Of a stretch of DNA of 64,000 nt, positions 31,217 to 39,980 are shown piece by piece. The stretch lies in IMG/VR virus record IMGVR_UViG_3300028048_000045, positions 64,001 to 128,000 of that record. The stretch is one strand, 5' to 3'. Under the pieces are notes generated by a model. That model saw nothing but the letters and a program-made list of their open reading frames with translations. It was not told where the DNA came from and did not search any database. The translations under genes and the position numbers were made by a program. Origin of the DNA: a virus. Taxonomy: Duplodnaviria > Caudoviricetes. Position 1 is the first letter of the stretch. Each line of letters begins with the position of its first letter.

Positions 31217-33355
31217 TTAAATAATCTTAGCTTTCTTTAAAGCTTTTTTCATATAACTGAAATCGTGATGAACTGTAGTTTTGAATGATGAATCATGAAT
31301 ACCATCACCAATACCTTCACGTTCAAATGAATCAATATCTTTACAAGTTTTTGAAACTTCCTGATATACCAATGCACTCAATAAATCACCTTTGAATATA
31401 GCTGTTTTAAGATTGATAACCATAAACTCAAGATTATCTTTACTAAAATCAGGATGTTTAAGAATATTGTTCTGATCTCTTGTTAAAGCATAAATAATTG
31501 GTTCCAAGAATACCATCTCTTCATTCTTTAATCCTGCTTCAATTACAAGATCAGCGAAATCATTCAATGGTGTATCAAGGTCATTAAAATACCAATTAGG
31601 TTTAGAACGTTCGATAATATTCTTAAGTTCTTTAAGATATCTTGATGTTTCAGCCGTAATATATTTAATATTAAATACTGGTGTTCCAGGTTTAATATTT
31701 GAAAGTTTCAATTCTGCTACATCTGAATCAATTGGAATATCGATAGCTTTCAAGTTGTTTCCAGAAAGCATATCTTCAGACAATGTTAAGAATGAACCAT
31801 CAAGTTTTACAACATATTCGTCTTCATATGGTTCACCATTAGCATCAATTTTCTTTGTAACGATTTTAAGATCAACAAGCATTTTAGAAACTACGCGTGT
31901 AGATCCTTCTTCGTCATCGTCATCCTCTTCATCATCATAATCGTCATAGTCATCGTATTCATCATTTCTAACACGATCAATAATGTCTTCGATATACTCT
32001 TTATCGAATATGATAGAAGTATTTTCTGGATCTTCGAGACGTTTCAAAACCAATCTATTTTCATCATTTGTGAATATAGAAAGTAAAACTTCATCATCGA
32101 ATTCTTTAGTTTTTGTACCAGCAGCATGTTTTACAGCCATTACAGCATTTGACAATTTGTTTTCAACTTCTGTAGATGTTGCACCGCCGATTCTATAAGA
32201 AGATTTAAATTCTGGCGGATTGCCGTAACAAGCTTTACATACAAGTCCTTTAACTGGATGTGCACAAGTACAAATACTTCTAAGTTTTACAGTAGTTCCG
32301 ATTAAATCAGTATCGTTCTTTGTAACTTTCTTAAGTTTACCATTATTCATAATGATATTCTTAGAAATTATTAATTCGAGATGTTTTGGAGTTTTAACTT
32401 CATAATTAATATAGTGTTTAGTTCCACAATCATTCATCTTATAATCGATACGATTATTAAGACCTGCTAAGTTTGTTTCACGTGACATGTAACCAGAAAC
32501 ACCTACGAACTTTTTCTTATAAATAAGAGCTTTCGCAGCAAGTTCCGATTCAGCAATCTGATCACCAACATTCTGTAATCCATTCAAATATGAACGTTTC
32601 ATAATATGAGGAAGAACGATGTTGTTAATAGACATACGCGGACCTACAGCAATAAACATCTGAGTAAGCTGTAATACTGACAAACAATTTGACTGTACAA
32701 ATGGGAACAAACATGAATTTTCATCTTTAAGAATGATATCAAACAATTTTTGTCCATCTTCTTTCAACTGAGCTTCGAGCTGTGCTGATGATTTAGTATC
32801 ATCAAGTGTAGTATTGAGAAGATTATCAAATTCTTTATTTCTTCCACAGAAATCAATAAGATCAATAATTGAAATTGTTGGAGAAGAAATAGTTGCCAAT
32901 AATTCAGACAATTGTTCCATTCTTTCAGTTATATGAGAAAGAATGAATGAGAAACATTCTTCGGAATTAATCTTCTTCTTTTCAATAATTGGATAGATCT
33001 TTTCCTGACAAATCTTTTCAAGATTTTTATGATAATCTTTTAAGAAGTTAACATCAATATCCTGCATCCAATCTCTTGTAATTGGAATTTTATACATGAA
33101 ATTAAATTCGAGAAAGTATAAGTTTATAAGGAACTGGAATAATGTAATTTCTACTTCTTCATCATCCTCACATATTATCTTTACAGTTTCATTTGTTGCT
33201 CTGGAATAATCATCCAGGATATAATTCTCAATTATTTCACAGAAGATATCATAATCTCGCTTGTTTGTAAAATAATCAAAAATTTCTTTTAGTTTAATAA
33301 CTAATTCCTTCTTGCATAAACTAGTAACCAATTCATTTACTTTGAAAGACAACAT
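31217..33355 (-). CDS. rpoC: RNA polymerase beta'-like subunit, C-terminal half (probably the non-virion RNAP)
   Basis: Bridge-helix SGYMSR, DCGT, Zn-site LRSICTC..VCKACYG and trigger-loop-like IGG...VMAVKH motifs; lies in the early/replication block. Confidence 0.85.
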   Translation of the reverse strand: MLSFKVNELVTSLCKKELVIKLKEIFDYFTNKRDYDIFCEIIENYILDDYSRATNETVKIICEDDEEVEITLFQFLINLYFLEFNFMYKIPITRDWMQDIDVNFLKDYHKNLEKICQEKIYPIIEKKKINSEECFSFILSHITERMEQLSELLATISSPTISIIDLIDFCGRNKEFDNLLNTTLDDTKSSAQLEAQLKEDGQKLFDIILKDENSCLFPFVQSNCLSVLQLTQMFIAVGPRMSINNIVLPHIMKRSYLNGLQNVGDQIAESELAAKALIYKKKFVGVSGYMSRETNLAGLNNRIDYKMNDCGTKHYINYEVKTPKHLELIISKNIIMNNGKLKKVTKNDTDLIGTTVKLRSICTCAHPVKGLVCKACYGNPPEFKSSYRIGGATSTEVENKLSNAVMAVKHAAGTKTKEFDDEVLLSIFTNDENRLVLKRLEDPENTSIIFDKEYIEDIIDRVRNDEYDDYDDYDDEEDDDDEEGSTRVVSKMLVDLKIVTKKIDANGEPYEDEYVVKLDGSFLTLSEDMLSGNNLKAIDIPIDSDVAELKLSNIKPGTPVFNIKYITAETSRYLKELKNIIERSKPNWYFNDLDTPLNDFADLVIEAGLKNEEMVFLEPIIYALTRDQNNILKHPDFSKDNLEFMVINLKTAIFKGDLLSALVYQEVSKTCKDIDSFEREGIGDGIHDSSFKTTVHHDFSYMKKALKKAKII

Positions 33356-33450
33356 ATTAAAACTCCTTTACGATATATAATGTTTGTACTTAGCAGTTTA
33401 AAAATATATAAATAAAATTTGGATAGGGATTATCTCCCTATCCAATATAA

Positions 33451-35802
33451 TTATTTTTTAGAATCTTTAGCTAATTCTGTTTCAACAATTTCTTTAATTT
33501 TTAAAAAGCTTTCATATTTAATACTAGTATGCATACATAAATAGAAAGCTACCTTAACATCTTCAAGTTTATAAGGTTCATTAGATGCAAAAATATCATC
33601 ATTAAAATATGAATGACCATTGACAAAGAAAACAGGTCTTACATCAAAACCTTTTCTTGCCATTTTACCACATTCAGAAATTATTAATTTCTTAATAGAT
33701 TTATAACTAGATTTTATAGCTCCCATTTCAATTAATAAAGAATCTTTTGTATGTTCATCAACATCATCTCTATATTTACCAGTAACAGGATCGTAAACTC
33801 TACCAGATTTTCTATTAAATTCATTAAGCAATTCTAATAATGGTTTACCTTCAGCAAGAACATAAGTGTATTGGATATTATCAAAAATAGATTTTATTTC
33901 TCTAGGATTTTTATTCTTCATTTCTTTGAAAGCATAGTATAATTTGTTTACAATATCCTGAGCAAAAGTTGTTTCATCAACTAATAAGAAAGAATCTTTT
34001 GAAAAGTCACTATTTTCAGTTGTAAATTGGTATTTTCCATATTTATCGATAGTGTATAGACCATTGATGAATGAGCCTTCTTTCATAGCTTTATTATAAA
34101 GAGCTGTATAATTAGTATAATCTGCTATAATAGGCTCTTCAATAATATTGATATTATCAGAAATAGTTTGAATAATTTTTCTATTTTTGCTCCAAAGGAA
34201 TTTATCAAATAGATAAACTATAACTCCGATTACTCCAAGAACTAAAGTAGAAATTCCTACAGCTATTGTAACTCCACTTATAACACCTTCTGTAGAATAT
34301 TCAGGTTCATAATATGTATTTAAATCTTCTTTAGCAAATTCTTCTTCAGGTTTGATTTTATTTTGAGCATTTGTAACAAGAATCTCTTCTTCTTTAGAAA
34401 TAGTTCTTAACTGACTTACAGTTAAAATAAATGATTCGAAACTATCTTTAGTATCAGTAACATCATCCAATACTCTACATTTGAAACTTATTTTTCCAAG
34501 TCTTTCAGAAATAGTAGGAATTATAAGTTCATCACGAATCTTATGGAATTCTTTAATAGCAACGTCTTGATTTGCACAATTTTGTAATCTTTCAACAAAT
34601 CCTTTATTAAGATTTACTTTAAGAGTTATAGGCATATCGTTTTTAACAACTGCTCCAGCTTTTAAAGTTCCATCCTTTAAGCAAATGAATGATGATTTTA
34701 ATAAGAACTCTTTATATTTAGATTTATTTGAATCTGTGATAAGTTCTTTAAGATATGCTGGATCACTATCCATGCTATTTACAAACATTTCTAATCCGGT
34801 AATAAGTGATTTATCATCAACAGATGTACAGAATGAAATATAATTATTCCAATCTGAATCTAAGAAACTCAAAGGCATTTCATCACATCTTTCAACAAAG
34901 TTAGAACAAACTTCTTCTACAGATTTAAGATACGCTTGTTTACGTTCTTTTAAAATAAATTCAGGATTTATAGCTATTGCTTCTGAAGACATACCTTGTT
35001 TGATAGCTTTAGCTGTAGCTGTTCCCAAATCATTAGCAATACATTCTTTAATTTTAGAACAAGTAGTTTTAAGATACATCTGTTCATCTTTATTACTCAT
35101 GATGAACATTTCAGGAGTTTCATTATTAGAACCATTACCAATAGATAACCAAGGAACTATATCAAACATATAATGTGAAGGTGTTCCAAATTTACCATAA
35201 TCCCATGTACCACGATTTATAGAATCAGTAACAAGTTTTCCACTGTTTTCATTATAGATAAATTGACAACCTTCAAATGAAGAACCTGGAGTTCCACGGA
35301 ATGAAATATTTCCTATTCCAGCTTCTTTTTTATCATGCATAAGCTTATGACTGATTAAATAAAGCATTCTACTTACAGCAGCTTTACGATTTGGTTCTGT
35401 ATCTTCTTTTAAATTGTGGCATGGACTGTAGCCTTCATTAATGAAGTATCCACGTTTAACAAATTCATTCATTGTTTTTAAATCTTTAGGAGCTTTTCCA
35501 TATTGATTTTTATTTCTATCGATATGTCTAGCTTTACCATCAGTTGTAGAAAGATCGAATGTTTTCTTATTATCTAAAATTTCAAAAGCATTCATATATT
35601 CAACTGATTTGATACGATGATTCGAAAGTTTTACATAAGCTTCTCTACCATGACCTTTTGATAGGTGATCAAGAGCTTCGTAATCAGTATATTCAGGATG
35701 TGTTTTGGATAAAGCCTCTAAACTTTTCATAGCTTTATTTTTATTTTTACCGAATAAGAAAATCAAATCATCATCGTTAAATCCAAAATATTTATTATTC
35801 AT
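33451..35802 (-). CDS. Multidomain late protein with protease-type sites, a toxin-like domain and a transmembrane helix
   Basis: Late motif at 35826-35838; SLE, SVE, SSE, SVE, GLE, SFE and STE sites; transmembrane VISGVTIAVGISTLVLGVIGVIVYLF. Confidence 0.5.
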   Translation of the reverse strand: MNNKYFGFNDDDLIFLFGKNKNKAMKSLEALSKTHPEYTDYEALDHLSKGHGREAYVKLSNHRIKSVEYMNAFEILDNKKTFDLSTTDGKARHIDRNKNQYGKAPKDLKTMNEFVKRGYFINEGYSPCHNLKEDTEPNRKAAVSRMLYLISHKLMHDKKEAGIGNISFRGTPGSSFEGCQFIYNENSGKLVTDSINRGTWDYGKFGTPSHYMFDIVPWLSIGNGSNNETPEMFIMSNKDEQMYLKTTCSKIKECIANDLGTATAKAIKQGMSSEAIAINPEFILKERKQAYLKSVEEVCSNFVERCDEMPLSFLDSDWNNYISFCTSVDDKSLITGLEMFVNSMDSDPAYLKELITDSNKSKYKEFLLKSSFICLKDGTLKAGAVVKNDMPITLKVNLNKGFVERLQNCANQDVAIKEFHKIRDELIIPTISERLGKISFKCRVLDDVTDTKDSFESFILTVSQLRTISKEEEILVTNAQNKIKPEEEFAKEDLNTYYEPEYSTEGVISGVTIAVGISTLVLGVIGVIVYLFDKFLWSKNRKIIQTISDNINIIEEPIIADYTNYTALYNKAMKEGSFINGLYTIDKYGKYQFTTENSDFSKDSFLLVDETTFAQDIVNKLYYAFKEMKNKNPREIKSIFDNIQYTYVLAEGKPLLELLNEFNRKSGRVYDPVTGKYRDDVDEHTKDSLLIEMGAIKSSYKSIKKLIISECGKMARKGFDVRPVFFVNGHSYFNDDIFASNEPYKLEDVKVAFYLCMHTSIKYESFLKIKEIVETELAKDSKK

Positions 35803-35904
35803 AGGAACATTCCCCTTATTCTAGTATATTATTTTGTCCTTCATCGAAAAAAAGAAGACTTATCATAATAATATAAAAAGTGGACAAAATGTCCACTTTT
35901 AATT

Positions 35905-36630
35905 TTACTGAATAAATGATTTAAAAAGTGTGTCCAAAACATTGTAAGTAGTAATAAAATCGCCAAAAATATAATCACAGATATAATCAAAAAAAGTCAT
36001 GATTAAATTAGTTTCTCCAAAGAACATATCGTCTTTATCGAAAATTTTAACATTGTTTTTAAGATCATAAACATGATTAAAGAAATATCTTTTTAATGAA
36101 TCACGTTTTACTTTAGATAAAGGTCTTGATGAAATATTTCTATACATTGTGCTCATCGAAGTAATATTCGAATTACAATGAGTCGCCATCCAAGATTGAT
36201 CAAAAATAAATTCATCCAAACGTTGTACTTCATCTTCTGTAAGATATGAATCAGGATCATTGAAATCACTACCGTTAAGAGTTCTAAATTTATCAGCAAA
36301 TTTCGATAGGAAATCTTCTACAAAATGCGAAGTTTCTCTAAGAATAATTATAGAATTTTCAAATCCCATTGAAAGGATACTATTCTTGATAAGATTTTTA
36401 TTTTTATTAAAATCTATTTTCTTAGTAATGTTTTCATCATATTTGGATTCACCAAACATCAACATTACAAAGACATCAATTAAATCTATCGAACTATAAG
36501 GATCTGGTTTATAACCAACCTTTTTCCAAATTTTTTCAATAGTTTTATAAGCATCTTTTTTAAGATTTTCAAGAGAATGATACAATTCTCTAATTACTTG
36601 ATCTTGAGAAACTGTTTTATTATTTCTCAT
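35905..36630 (-). CDS. Hypothetical protein
   Basis: 241-aa ORF flanked by hairpin terminators (35877-35900, 36648-36677). Confidence 0.5.
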   Translation of the reverse strand: MRNNKTVSQDQVIRELYHSLENLKKDAYKTIEKIWKKVGYKPDPYSSIDLIDVFVMLMFGESKYDENITKKIDFNKNKNLIKNSILSMGFENSIIILRETSHFVEDFLSKFADKFRTLNGSDFNDPDSYLTEDEVQRLDEFIFDQSWMATHCNSNITSMSTMYRNISSRPLSKVKRDSLKRYFFNHVYDLKNNVKIFDKDDMFFGETNLIMTFFDYICDYIFGDFITTYNVLDTLFKSFIQ

Positions 36631-36689
36631 AAATTCGCCCTCGAAAAAAAAGAACGAGTTTGTATAAACTCGTTCTTTTAAATATAATA

Positions 36690-36950
36690 CTACATCAACA
36701 AATTTTCTATGTAATTGTTGATGTCAACTGATTCTACACCATTTGATGGAATGTAAACATTCCCTGGTGTAGAATTTTTCAATTTTGACATGAAATCCTT
36801 AGATGTTTCATGTCCAGGATTAGATCCTCTAAAACCTGAAGTTTTAGAAGATCTGATTCCTGCCCCAAATGATTTGTTAGCACTAGAAGCAAATTTACCA
36901 TATCTAGAGCTAACAAAATCCCTTCGGGGGTTAACATTTAAACTTCTCAT
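36690..36950 (-). CDS. Small hypothetical protein
   Basis: 86 aa; aaggaggt RBS. Confidence 0.5.
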   Translation of the reverse strand: MRSLNVNPRRDFVSSRYGKFASSANKSFGAGIRSSKTSGFRGSNPGHETSKDFMSKLKNSTPGNVYIPSNGVESVDINNYIENLLM

Positions 36951-37006
36951 AGTTAACCTCCTTCCTATATAAAATATATAAGAAAGTGATACTACTTCAC
37001 AAAGTT

Positions 37007-39124
37007 TTACATTGAAATCATTGAATTCTGAGCCATATAAGCTGCACCAGTTTCAAGCTGTTTCAACTGAAGAGCTTCAAGGTCCATGTTTGGTGAAAGT
37101 AATGTAATCATATTACCTACAGTCAACAAATCACCTACAGTTTCAAGAATGATTTTGATAAGACATGCATCTGTTTCTTTTGGAACAATCAATGTTGTAC
37201 AATTGTCAGGATCATTTCCATCAAACTGTTCAATCATGTTTGTCATGATATTGTAAACAGATGGTGTTTCTTTTTCAATACATTCTCTCCATTTAGCCAT
37301 AGTTTTCTTAGAATCGCGATACATATTAAACAATGCATAACGATAACCATTACCAAATGAGAATTCAATAGATTCAAGAATCAATTTTACAATCTGACGA
37401 ACATTACTATAATTTTCAGCAGCAGTAATATTGAGTTTAGCATCTGTAATCTTCTGCATAATTTCATCAACGAGATTGTTGATATTATGCTCGATATAAT
37501 GACAAACACTGATATTACTTCCGATTGAAACTCCACCATTTTTGATAGCAGATGAAACTGCCTGAACAGCATCATCAATGATGAGCTTTCTTGCATACTT
37601 AGCATTGTCTGTACGTCCGCCACAATAGTAGTAAGTTGTACGAGACTGAAGCTTTTCAATACGCATATTAAGATCTGCAACTGTCCAATCATTGAAATGA
37701 TTTGTTGCTTTCTTAAGAGCTACAAGCTTATCATTAAGCATAGCAATTTTCTTATCAAATTCTTCTTTAACAGGATTTGTACCAATGAAGTTAACATCAG
37801 CATAACCAGCAGAAATATGTTCACATGTACCAAACATTCCTTCAATCTGTTTACAACGTGTTTCACGATCTTCTGCAAATGGAGAAAGTTTAGTATACAT
37901 TGTCTGGAATGGATTAGCACGTACCATCATTCTGAGATCATCAAATTCTGCAGCGTCAGCAATTTCTTTGTTACGAAGAACGATACAAGCGATATCGACT
38001 CTAGCTGGACGAGAATCTGGATCAGATTTAGGATCGTTAAGTTCCTGACCAAGAGAATTGTAATAAGTACCAGAAATACATTTGCGAAGATAATCTGCAA
38101 TATCTTTATCGTACTGTGGTGCAATTACAAACAATGGTCTATGCATATCAAATGCGACTGTTTGTACAATCTGTTTAAATACTGGAAGGTCTGTAGCATA
38201 AAGATTACCATCAAACATGGCAATCAATGGTTTATCAGCTTCCCATGAAGTCTTATCAGGTGTATTAGCCATAGCTTCAAGATCAAGCAATCCCATTGAA
38301 AGTACATAAGCATCGCTTTCTTTTACATATTCTTCTTCAGTATTTGAACGGAGAACAATTACATCACCGCGACCATCAAGTTTGTTTTCATAAAGTCTTG
38401 CAATTCTTTCACCAGTCAAATAATCATTGTTTGCTGAAATAGTTGCAATCTTAGAAAGCCACTTAATGATTTCTTCTTTTTCTTCTTTAGTAAGTTCATC
38501 TGATGAATTTACTTTTTTGAAAGATTTCTGATAATTTGGATTATCGCGGATGTGACTAATGATAACATCGCCACAAATCTTACAAATGTTTCGAATACCA
38601 ACTGGAGAGAATTTCCATCCACCTTCGTTAGAAGTTTTGAAAATTTCTACGAGTTTAGTATAAAGAGCATTCTGAATAGGAATACCAGATGATGTAGAGT
38701 CACCAATCTTTTCATTCATATATTCAGAAGTTTGACGAATAATTTTGAAAATAGCATTAGGAATAGGCTGTGTAAACTTCATATTCTGAAGAATTGTATA
38801 ACCATCCCTAGTATTATAAACTGGAACTTCCCGAGTATAATATGTTTGAACTAATGTGTTATCAGCATAAGGACCAATTGTGTGAGCTATGGCTGTTTCT
38901 GCAGCAGCTGAAATCTTTTTAATTTCATTAACAACCGCATCATTTTTCAAAATATTTGGGTTTGAAGATTTGTAATCCTTTGCCCCGAAACCAATATCAG
39001 AAATATTCATTTCCTGGAAATCACCACTAAATGATTCTTTAATTATACTTTCAGGAGAGTTTTCCAGTTTATTATCGATTTCATTAGCAAATTTTTCCAT
39101 TTCGGCAGAATTTATTTCTCCCAT
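37007..39124 (-). CDS. groEL: Phage-encoded GroEL-like chaperonin
   Basis: TIGPY, TRDGYTI, GDSTSS (equivalent to GDGTTT), ATISANND and DDAVQAVSSAIKNG motifs. Confidence 0.88.
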   Translation of the reverse strand: MGEINSAEMEKFANEIDNKLENSPESIIKESFSGDFQEMNISDIGFGAKDYKSSNPNILKNDAVVNEIKKISAAAETAIAHTIGPYADNTLVQTYYTREVPVYNTRDGYTILQNMKFTQPIPNAIFKIIRQTSEYMNEKIGDSTSSGIPIQNALYTKLVEIFKTSNEGGWKFSPVGIRNICKICGDVIISHIRDNPNYQKSFKKVNSSDELTKEEKEEIIKWLSKIATISANNDYLTGERIARLYENKLDGRGDVIVLRSNTEEEYVKESDAYVLSMGLLDLEAMANTPDKTSWEADKPLIAMFDGNLYATDLPVFKQIVQTVAFDMHRPLFVIAPQYDKDIADYLRKCISGTYYNSLGQELNDPKSDPDSRPARVDIACIVLRNKEIADAAEFDDLRMMVRANPFQTMYTKLSPFAEDRETRCKQIEGMFGTCEHISAGYADVNFIGTNPVKEEFDKKIAMLNDKLVALKKATNHFNDWTVADLNMRIEKLQSRTTYYYCGGRTDNAKYARKLIIDDAVQAVSSAIKNGGVSIGSNISVCHYIEHNINNLVDEIMQKITDAKLNITAAENYSNVRQIVKLILESIEFSFGNGYRYALFNMYRDSKKTMAKWRECIEKETPSVYNIMTNMIEQFDGNDPDNCTTLIVPKETDACLIKIILETVGDLLTVGNMITLLSPNMDLEALQLKQLETGAAYMAQNSMISM

Positions 39125-39483
39125 TTCCTTTCCTCCATAACTCCTTTAGAGTTTTTATTAATTGTAACAGATTTTAATTGTCCATCCTGAATATCACATT
39201 CAAGATTATGATCATCGCAATAAGATTTGATTTTATCAACATCTAACGTAGATGATTCTTTGAACTCTGCAATAACAGATTTCTTTTTATTGTTTTGGAT
39301 TACTTTAGTAATCTCTGGAACTTTATTTCTCGCTTTATTATTAGTTTCAAAATCATAAAGAGATTGATAATGATTAGCGAATTCAACATCGTATGGCGAT
39401 GCTTCAGTTCCTGTATTCGAAAGACATTCTTTAGCGATTTCAGTAATGAAATCAATGAATGTCAGATTAGATTTGCTTGCCAT
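39112..39483 (-). CDS. Hypothetical protein, translationally coupled to the chaperonin
   Basis: 123 aa; overlaps the chaperonin start; no GroES-like signature seen. Confidence 0.5.
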   Translation of the reverse strand: MASKSNLTFIDFITEIAKECLSNTGTEASPYDVEFANHYQSLYDFETNNKARNKVPEITKVIQNNKKKSVIAEFKESSTLDVDKIKSYCDDHNLECDIQDGQLKSVTINKNSKGVMEERKWEK

Positions 39484-39533
39484 TTTGAATATATTAATAC
39501 TCCATCATAAAATGAAAAATTTAAGTATTACAA

Positions 39534-39980
39534 TTAGGGTGTTTTAATGGTTGTCTTACGGTTAAATTCTTGTAACACTTTATTATCCATATTCATAACT
39601 TCGTTCCTAGTATATGCATTGATAGTTCCGTTCTTAGTAAAAGCTTCGTAAGAATTATCAATATTAGCAAACTCATTATTTACGATATTCTCAAAGTTAG
39701 GAATATCCAATTCTACCAATTGATCAAATGTGAAACGACCTTCAAGTAACTTAGAAGCATTAAGAATATTTTGCATGATTCTATCGGATTGTTTATCCAT
39801 AACATCATGCGTAACTTTTTTCTGTTTCTTCTTCATTATCACAAATAGATTATTGTTTAATATGTCGTTATTATCATCTTGATCTTCTTTGGTAGAATTA
39901 GTTGTTGTTTCTTTTCCATTCTTAGCTTTGAGTGCGGCTATTTCTTTTTCTAGTCTTTCTAGTTTCGCCGCGCGATCATA
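39534..39980 (-). CDS. -1 frameshift extension of the tail-assembly chaperone (gpGT-like C-terminal part)
   Basis: The -1 frame is open from the T8 slippery site (39980-39987) to the stop at 39534 and includes ORF 39534..39842. Confidence 0.7.
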   Translation of the reverse strand, partial: YDRAAKLERLEKEIAALKAKNGKETTTNSTKEDQDDNNDILNNNLFVIMKKKQKKVTHDVMDKQSDRIMQNILNASKLLEGRFTFDQLVELDIPNFENIVNNEFANIDNSYEAFTKNGTINAYTRNEVMNMDNKVLQEFNRKTTIKTP

